Below, piece by piece: positions 17,117-22,439 of a DNA stretch of 22,439 nucleotides. The DNA is from an uncultured bacterium (GTDB taxonomy: Bacteria; Hydrogenedentota; Hydrogenedentia; Hydrogenedentales; JAEUWI01): assembly GCA_963977445.1 (NCBI GenBank), contig CAXBPH010000096.1, positions 1 to 22,439 of the forward strand, in the 5' to 3' direction. How positions within the stretch are numbered: position 1 is the first letter of the stretch; each line of letters begins with the position of its first letter. Made by a program: the position numbers and the translations under genes. The notes beneath the pieces were generated by a model. The model searched no databases. It worked only from the letters and a program-made list of their open reading frames with translations, and was not told the DNA's origin.

Positions 17117-17505
17117 GGCTTCACAAACCCTTCGGATTTTAGCGCCTTCTTGTCGAAGGTCAGCACGGTGTCGTATCCTCCGTCCCGCGCACTTTCACGG
17201 ATGAGGTAGTCCGAAAAATCCGCCGGGCCTTCCCGAAATGCCCGAAGGGCGCGACGACAACAGTCCAGATTCTCAATGTCGAATACGGATATGGATAAAA
17301 TACGCTCCAGGGTGTGGATACAATCGTCCCTCGCGACGTTGTAGGCGGTTCGTAAGACCCAATCGACCTCACACAACACCACCATGGAGATAAATGCGGG
17401 CGATTCTGGCGAAAGCCGCGTGATGGCTCGGTTGGCGGCGCGGGCTTGGGTAGCGTCATCTTGCACGAGATAGCGCACGAGGACGTTGGTGTCGAGGGCG
17501 ATCAC
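17113..17505 (-). CDS. vapC: VapC-family PIN-domain toxin
   Basis: DTNVLVR, VLCEV, ADFSD, TFD: acidic PIN residues intact. GTG start overlaps the antitoxin stop. Confidence 0.92.
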   Translation of the reverse strand: MIALDTNVLVRYLVQDDATQARAANRAITRLSPESPAFISMVVLCEVDWVLRTAYNVARDDCIHTLERILSISVFDIENLDCCRRALRAFREGPADFSDYLIRESARDGGYDTVLTFDKKALKSEGFVKP

Positions 17506-17741
17506 GGCAGCCGACCCGCCTGGCTTGCGATGGCGTCTTCCATATCTTCAAGTGAAACGGGCGGGCCGGAATAGCGTATGCAACCCTTCAGGACGGATAC
17601 ATCGAGGGTTCTTGGCCGGAGGGTGTAGCTGCCATCGCTCTGCTGCTCAAAGTATACCTGGTCGCCCGTTGTCAGGTGGAGTTCATCGCGGAGCGACTTG
17701 GGCAACGTGATCTGACCCTTACTGGTGATCGTGGCTTTCAT
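17502..17741 (-). CDS. AbrB/MazE/SpoVT-type antitoxin (VapB-like)
   Basis: ATITSKGQITLPK..R..L....GD.V.F; 79 aa; GAAAGGA RBS; directly upstream of vapC. Confidence 0.92.
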   Translation of the reverse strand: MKATITSKGQITLPKSLRDELHLTTGDQVYFEQQSDGSYTLRPRTLDVSVLKGCIRYSGPPVSLEDMEDAIASQAGRLP

Positions 17742-17767
17742 GAGTGTCCTTTCAATGGGGAAAAATT

Positions 17768-17804
17768 CTTACTTTAGTGTAAGGAAATGCAATGAATTCG
17801 TCAA
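17768..17804 (-). promoter_or_regulatory. Sigma70 promoter of the TA operon with overlapping palindromic operator
   Basis: -35 TTGACG (17804-17799), 17 nt, -10 TACACT (17781-17776); CTTAC-N6-GTAAG at 17768-17783. Confidence 0.75.
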
Positions 17805-18121
17805 GATTAACTTTAGTTCCGAATCTAAACGGAGAGGTAAGAATTCGTGTAAATGGGTGTCCATTCGTGGTTCCACCTTTTCGTTCGTTAAGCAATAAGG
17901 TCGAAACGTTGCCCGCCCCTTCGTGCCCTTCGTTTCGTCGTGGTAAAAATAAAATTGCGTTCACGTGCCCGATCAATCCAGCAAGCGGTTTCGCCACCTG
18001 TTTTGCGGGAAATTCATGCACCGTGGTAAACTTGCCGGAAAATTTATTCTATATGCGGTTAAGGGGCCTCCTCCCCGTGTTGCCCCCCTCGTGATCGCCC
18101 AATTTTTGGAGGATATTGACC

Positions 18122-18769
18122 ATGTCGAAAGTCTGCGTACGAAGTTTTGGTCTTTCCCTTGACGGCTACGGTGCCGGCCCAAACCAGGATCTCCAAAATC
18201 CACTGGGCGAGCGGGGGCCCTAAATCATGGAGTGGTTTTTCCCCACCCGTGTTTTTCAACAGATGCACGGTGACGGTGACGGCGAGACCGGTGTGGATAA
18301 TGAAATAGCGGAGCAGAGTTTCGCCGGTATAGGTGCCTGGATATTGGGCCGTAATATGTTTGGCCCCATTCGCGGACCATGGCTGGATGAAAGCTGGAAG
18401 GGCTGGTGGGGCGATGAGCCACCCTACCACACCCCGGTTTTCGTATTGACGAAGCACGCACGGCCCCCCCTGGAAATGACGGGCGGCACGATCTTCCACT
18501 TCGTTACCGAAGGGATTCATGTGGCGCTGGAACGGGCGAAAGAGGCTGCGGCAGGCGCCGATGTCCGAATCGGCGGTGGTGTATCGACGATACGCCAGTA
18601 TCTGGAGGCAGGGTTAATCGATGAACTCCACCTCGCGGTGCGGCCCTTGCTGCTCGGTGCGGGCGAAAATTTGTTCAACGGGCTCAATCTCTCGGCCCTG
18701 GGCTACGAATGTGAAAAGCACGTGCATGGCGAACGGTCAAACCATGTGTTTATTCGAAAACGGGTATAG
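18122..18769 (+). pseudogene. Dihydrofolate-reductase-like (RibD C-terminal domain) gene with in-frame TAA at 18221-18223
   Basis: GGAGG at 18108, then ATG 18122 encodes MSKVCVRSFGLSLDGYGAGPNQDLQNPLGERGP*IMEWFF, in frame with ORF 18227..18769 (ILGRNMF, PPYHTPVFVLT, IGGG, IDELHL). Confidence 0.85.
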
Positions 18770-18797
18770 GCCCGAACCAGTACCGCAGTGCCGACAA

Positions 18798-19037
18798 GGG
18801 TGCCACCTATACGGACGTGAGGCACGAACGTCCTTATGGGTGCCGAGCGCCCAAGAGGAATAGCCCTTTTCCAAACAGCCTAACACTCCGGAGGTGCCGC
18901 GCGATCCGGTACTCCGGTTCGTGCGTACGGAGCAAAACGGCTCCGTTCCATTGAAAGCAAACCCGATTCGGGCGTCCGAGCCGACTGGTGGCGTCACGTC
19001 GTAGTGACCGTAAGCTCCCCGCGTACAGGTGGCACCC
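18798..19037. mobile_element. 240-bp composite REPIN-like element of three GTGC-family hairpins
   Basis: 15/16 terminal IR (GGGTGCCACCTATACG / CGTACAGGTGGCACCC); internal hairpin 18894-18925; same layout as 13024-13213. Confidence 0.8.
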
Positions 19038-19360
19038 ATCGGGCACGTCTTCGCCCCGTTGTCATTTTTCTGGATCCGTGAGTGGTTATTTCTGCCTTCC
19101 AGTGGGCCAACAGCCCATGAACCAAACTGAAACAGGATTTCAAGGCCTGAAGGCTCGCTTCATAGCCTCCCACAAGGCCCGGGGTTTCCCGCAGGTTTCG
19201 GATTTTCCACACCACGGCAATAGGGGAACGGAACCACCATAAACCCAGACGTCATTGTCGTTTGCCCGTTCACCTGCATGCGCATAGAACCGTGTAAGTC
19301 AAAGCATAACAAGCGTGCACCGTACCATCAACACCGCCTGACCTGGCATGGAATGCCCCG

Positions 19361-19369
19361 TGCTATACT
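19361..19369 (+). promoter_or_regulatory. Putative extended -10 promoter of rarD
   Basis: TGCTATACT, 45 nt upstream of the GTG start. Confidence 0.45.
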
Positions 19370-19414
19370 CTGTCTTTCGCAGCCAATCCGAATTTCTAAC
19401 CAAGGCAGTACTAC

Positions 19415-20365
19415 GTGACGAAGTCTCCAAGCAATTACCCCGGTATCATTATGGGTTTTTCCGCCTACGCCCTCTGGGGATTCTTTCCCATCTACTTCTA
19501 TTTCCTGCGCTTTGTGGGGAGCTGGGAGGTGTTGGCCCATCGCATTGTGTGGTCCGTAGTGACCCTGTTGGTCATCCTCGCCTGGCAGGGCCGTTTTCGC
19601 TCCGTCTTTGGCGCGTTGCGCTCAAAAAGGCAGGTTGCCCTGCTGGCCTTTGCCTCTCTCATGATCACGGGGAACTGGCTGGTCTATATCTACGCGGTGA
19701 CGACCGAACACACCATTGACGCCAGCATGGGCTATTTCATCAACCCCATCTTACTCATCCTTATCGGCCTCATATTTTTCAAAGAACGTCTCAATCGCTA
19801 CCAGGTGATCTGCTTGTCCCTAGCGGGGGTCGGCATTGCTTATCAGCTCATAACCCTCGGCGGCTTTTCCTGGATATCCCTGTCTCTGCCCCTGCTATTC
19901 GGTTTTTATGGCGTCGTCAAAAAACGCCTCGAACTCGATGCGGTGGCGAGTCTCTTTCTTGAGACCACCATGGTCTTACCGGCGGCCCTGGTCTACCTCA
20001 TCTATCTTGGGGTCGATGGCCAATCCGCATTGATAAATGGAACGCTGACCGTACAGCTCTTACTCCTGGCCACCGGTATATCGACCACCATGCCGTTGCT
20101 CCTTTTTTCCGGCGGTGCCCGGCGCTTGCCCCTCAACACCATGGGCTTCCTTCAATACATCACACCCTCGCTGCAATTTGCCATCGGTCTCTTTGTCTTC
20201 AACGAAGCACTGAACACCGACAAACTCATCGGGTTTATCTTTGTATGGGCCGGACTGCTCGTGCTAATCCTGGGGCAAGGTTCACGGATGATGCGGAACC
20301 GTAATACCCCCGTCATGTCGCCCGACATGGCCCAAGCCTGCGTCGAGGCGACGGACGAGGTGTAG
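19415..20365 (+). CDS. rarD: EamA/DMT-family transporter RarD
   Basis: AYALWG..PIYF, EVLAHRIVWS, NWLVYIYAV, ASMGYFINP, GFLQYITPSLQF; about 10 hydrophobic segments. Confidence 0.92.
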   Translation: MTKSPSNYPGIIMGFSAYALWGFFPIYFYFLRFVGSWEVLAHRIVWSVVTLLVILAWQGRFRSVFGALRSKRQVALLAFASLMITGNWLVYIYAVTTEHTIDASMGYFINPILLILIGLIFFKERLNRYQVICLSLAGVGIAYQLITLGGFSWISLSLPLLFGFYGVVKKRLELDAVASLFLETTMVLPAALVYLIYLGVDGQSALINGTLTVQLLLLATGISTTMPLLLFSGGARRLPLNTMGFLQYITPSLQFAIGLFVFNEALNTDKLIGFIFVWAGLLVLILGQGSRMMRNRNTPVMSPDMAQACVEATDEV

Positions 20366-20424
20366 GGCTCCATCCGCCCCATCAAACACAGCGGTCTATA
20401 TTGGTCAACCCTAAGTATCCGGTC

Positions 20425-20480
20425 GTGCCGCGCGATCCGGTATTTCCGGTCGAAGATGCGCCGCAGGAGGATTCCGTGCG
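20425..20480 (+). repeat. GTGC-family hairpin with expanded interior, between convergent genes
   Basis: GTGCCGCGCGATCCGGTATTTCCGGT, about 23 extra nt, then CCGTGCG; the downstream flank resembles that of the 18894 copy. Confidence 0.7.
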
Positions 20481-20555
20481 AGCGGAGCCAACGCCTCGTC
20501 TCTGCGACATCCGTGGTCCACACAGTCCACCTCGTCCACACCGTCGTTTTCGGCC

Positions 20556-22061
20556 CTATAACTGCACACACACCGACTTGGTCTGCAGGTAGTTCTCCAA
20601 CGCCTGGGCACCCATTTCACGTCCCCAACCACTCTGCTTGTAGCCGCCAAAGGGGAGGGCAGCGTCGAAGATGTTGTAGCAGTTGACCCACACCGTGCCC
20701 GCCTTGATGCGTGCCGCCAGTTTGTGGGCTTTGCTGATATCCTGTGTCCAGATACCCGCCGCGAGGCCGTATACCGTGTCGTTGGCGACAGCCGCGATTT
20801 CGTCGATGTCCGTAAAGGGCATGGCCGTCACCACGGGGCCGAAGATTTCCTCCTGCACCACCGTCATGGTGGAATTGGTATTGACCAATACCGTCGGCTC
20901 CACAAAGTAGCCCTTGTCGCCCACACGTTTACCACCGCAGGCCGCTTCCGCCCCTTGGGACAGGCCCATCTCCATATAACCCGTCACACGCTCGAACTGT
21001 TCCTGAGACACGAGAGGTCCCATGGTGGAGGAGGGGTCCATGCCGGAGCCGACTTTGATGGCCTTCGCATTTTCTACTACGCCGTCGATGACCTGATCGA
21101 AAATCTTCTGCTCGATGTAGAGGCGTGAGCCCGCACAGCAGGCCTGGCCATGGTTGAAGAAGATGGCGCTGGCCGCCCCGGGAACGGCCGACGAAAGGTC
21201 AGAATCGGCAAAGACAATATTGGGCGACTTGCCACCCAGTTCCAGGGTGATTTTTTTAAGGTCATGGGCCGCCGCTTTCACAATGAGCTTGCCCACTTCC
21301 GTGGAGCCGGTGAAGGCAATCTTGGCGACGCCGGGGTGGGCGGTAAGGGCAGCACCGGCCGTCTCGCCATAGCCCGGAACAATATTGACCACCCCATCGG
21401 GAAAACCGGCCTTGGAAATCAGTTCGCCCAGACGCAGGGCCGTGAGGGGTGTTTGCTCGGCGGGTTTCAACACCACCGTACACCCCGTGGCCAGGGCGGG
21501 GCCCAGTTTCCACGCCGCCATGAGCAGCGGGAAGTTCCAGGGGATAATCTGGCCCACCACGCCGATAGGTTCGCGCCGGGTGTAGGTGTGGAATTCGGCA
21601 CCCGGTGCAAAGGGTACAGAGATGTTGATGGACTCCCCATTAAGCTTGGTGGCCCAACCAGCGTAGTAGCGGAAGTGGTCCACCGCCAGGGGCACATCGG
21701 CCACCATGGCCACGCCGAGGGGCTTGCCATTGTCGAGGGTTTCCAGTTGGGCAAACTCTTCCAGATGCTCTTCGAGGAGGTCGGCGAGACGCCACAGGCA
21801 CTTTCCCCGTTCTGAAGCAGTCATCTTGGACCAGGGGCCCGATTCAAAGGCCTGTGCTGCCGCCGTGACGGCCCGGTTTATGTCTTCCTTCTCACCCGCA
21901 GCCACCCGGGCCAGCACCTCACCCGTGGCCGGGTTGACCACATCGAAACAGGCCCCCGAAGCCGCCGGGACCCATTGGCCCCCGATGAGCATCTTGCGAT
22001 CTTCGGAAAGGAACTGGCTTACGCCGGGGTGTAGACGTTGGTCAATAGCTACAGCAGCCAT
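20556..22061 (-). CDS. NAD(P)-dependent aldehyde dehydrogenase (ALDH1/2, phenylacetaldehyde dehydrogenase-like)
   Basis: IIPWNFP, KPAEQTP, FTGST, ELGGKSP, GQACCAG, EEIFGP. AGGAG RBS supports ATG 22061 over the ORF-track start. Confidence 0.95.
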   Translation of the reverse strand: MAAVAIDQRLHPGVSQFLSEDRKMLIGGQWVPAASGACFDVVNPATGEVLARVAAGEKEDINRAVTAAAQAFESGPWSKMTASERGKCLWRLADLLEEHLEEFAQLETLDNGKPLGVAMVADVPLAVDHFRYYAGWATKLNGESINISVPFAPGAEFHTYTRREPIGVVGQIIPWNFPLLMAAWKLGPALATGCTVVLKPAEQTPLTALRLGELISKAGFPDGVVNIVPGYGETAGAALTAHPGVAKIAFTGSTEVGKLIVKAAAHDLKKITLELGGKSPNIVFADSDLSSAVPGAASAIFFNHGQACCAGSRLYIEQKIFDQVIDGVVENAKAIKVGSGMDPSSTMGPLVSQEQFERVTGYMEMGLSQGAEAACGGKRVGDKGYFVEPTVLVNTNSTMTVVQEEIFGPVVTAMPFTDIDEIAAVANDTVYGLAAGIWTQDISKAHKLAARIKAGTVWVNCYNIFDAALPFGGYKQSGWGREMGAQALENYLQTKSVCVQL

Positions 22062-22255
22062 GGGATGGATCTCCTGGGGTTGTTGCGGGTCAGGGGCACA
22101 CGGCACCGCAAAAAAGTGGTCTCACGAAATATGCGCTGCCTCACTCACCAGCATACACCAGATTCACTCCGTTGGGAAGGGCGGACTTTGGGTAGAAAGC
22201 ACCCAAAACGTGGCGGTCGCTGTATGGCTTACAGATCCGCCCAGGGGTAGCAATC

Positions 22256-22439
22256 GTGCCGCGCGATCCGGTACTCCAGTTCGTGCGAAGGGACTGTGGG
22301 ACGTCGTTGGGGTCTGTGTAGTTGTGGGAAGTCTTCAAGAGGTCATTGGGAATAGAGCATTGTGCTTGGCCTTGGCCTTGATGTAGAGACGTAGTCTTGT
22401 CTCCCAATCCGCGCACGAACCGGAAATACCGGATCGCGC
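22256..22439. repeat. Inverted pair of GTGC-family hairpins (REPIN-like), truncated by the window end
   Basis: GTGCCGCGCGATCCGGTACTCCAGTTCGTGCG at 22256-22287 and an inverted copy at 22412-22439. Confidence 0.85.

Noticed and set aside
7287..19037. Integron attC sites and cassette array
   Set aside because: Variable-loop hairpins after stops are reminiscent, but they lack RYYYAAC/GTTRRRY ends, occur as inverted pairs, and there is no intI.
19143..19195. Possible decayed GGCCTGAAGGC-type repeat
   Set aside because: Single degenerate copy with no partner in the window.
22383..22405. GTAGAGACG...GTCTC classical GTAG-REP remnant
   Set aside because: Short imperfect stem and only a weak second match near 20495.

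Overview
GC-rich bacterial chromosomal DNA. The gene and repeat style suggests a PVC/Hydrogenedentota-like organism (inference only). The window starts inside a tandem repeat and ends inside a palindrome, so it is probably a whole contig broken at repeats. Genes: a REP-associated Y1/HUH transposase (RAYT) with an internal TAG, embedded in tandem arrays of GGAG-led hairpins; a CoxE-like VWA / MoxR AAA pair; secreted glycan-active proteins (SGNH acetylesterase, BNR propeller, FG-GAP protein, ceramidase-like hydrolase, GH29 fucosidase); YheT-like hydrolase, rraA, a DUF115/Maf-like protein; a translationally coupled AbrB-antitoxin / VapC / DHD-type receiver operon; a DHFR-like pseudogene; rarD; an aldehyde dehydrogenase. 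Most notable: (1) the three-gene toxin-antitoxin operon with a predicted cyclic-phosphate-processing receiver domain; (2) about 19 GTGC-led hairpins in most intergenic spaces, with covarying basal stems and variable interiors, assembled into nested, inverted and tandem composites; (3) heterotypic REP arrays around the interrupted RAYT. All family calls come from motif recognition by eye; no searches were run.
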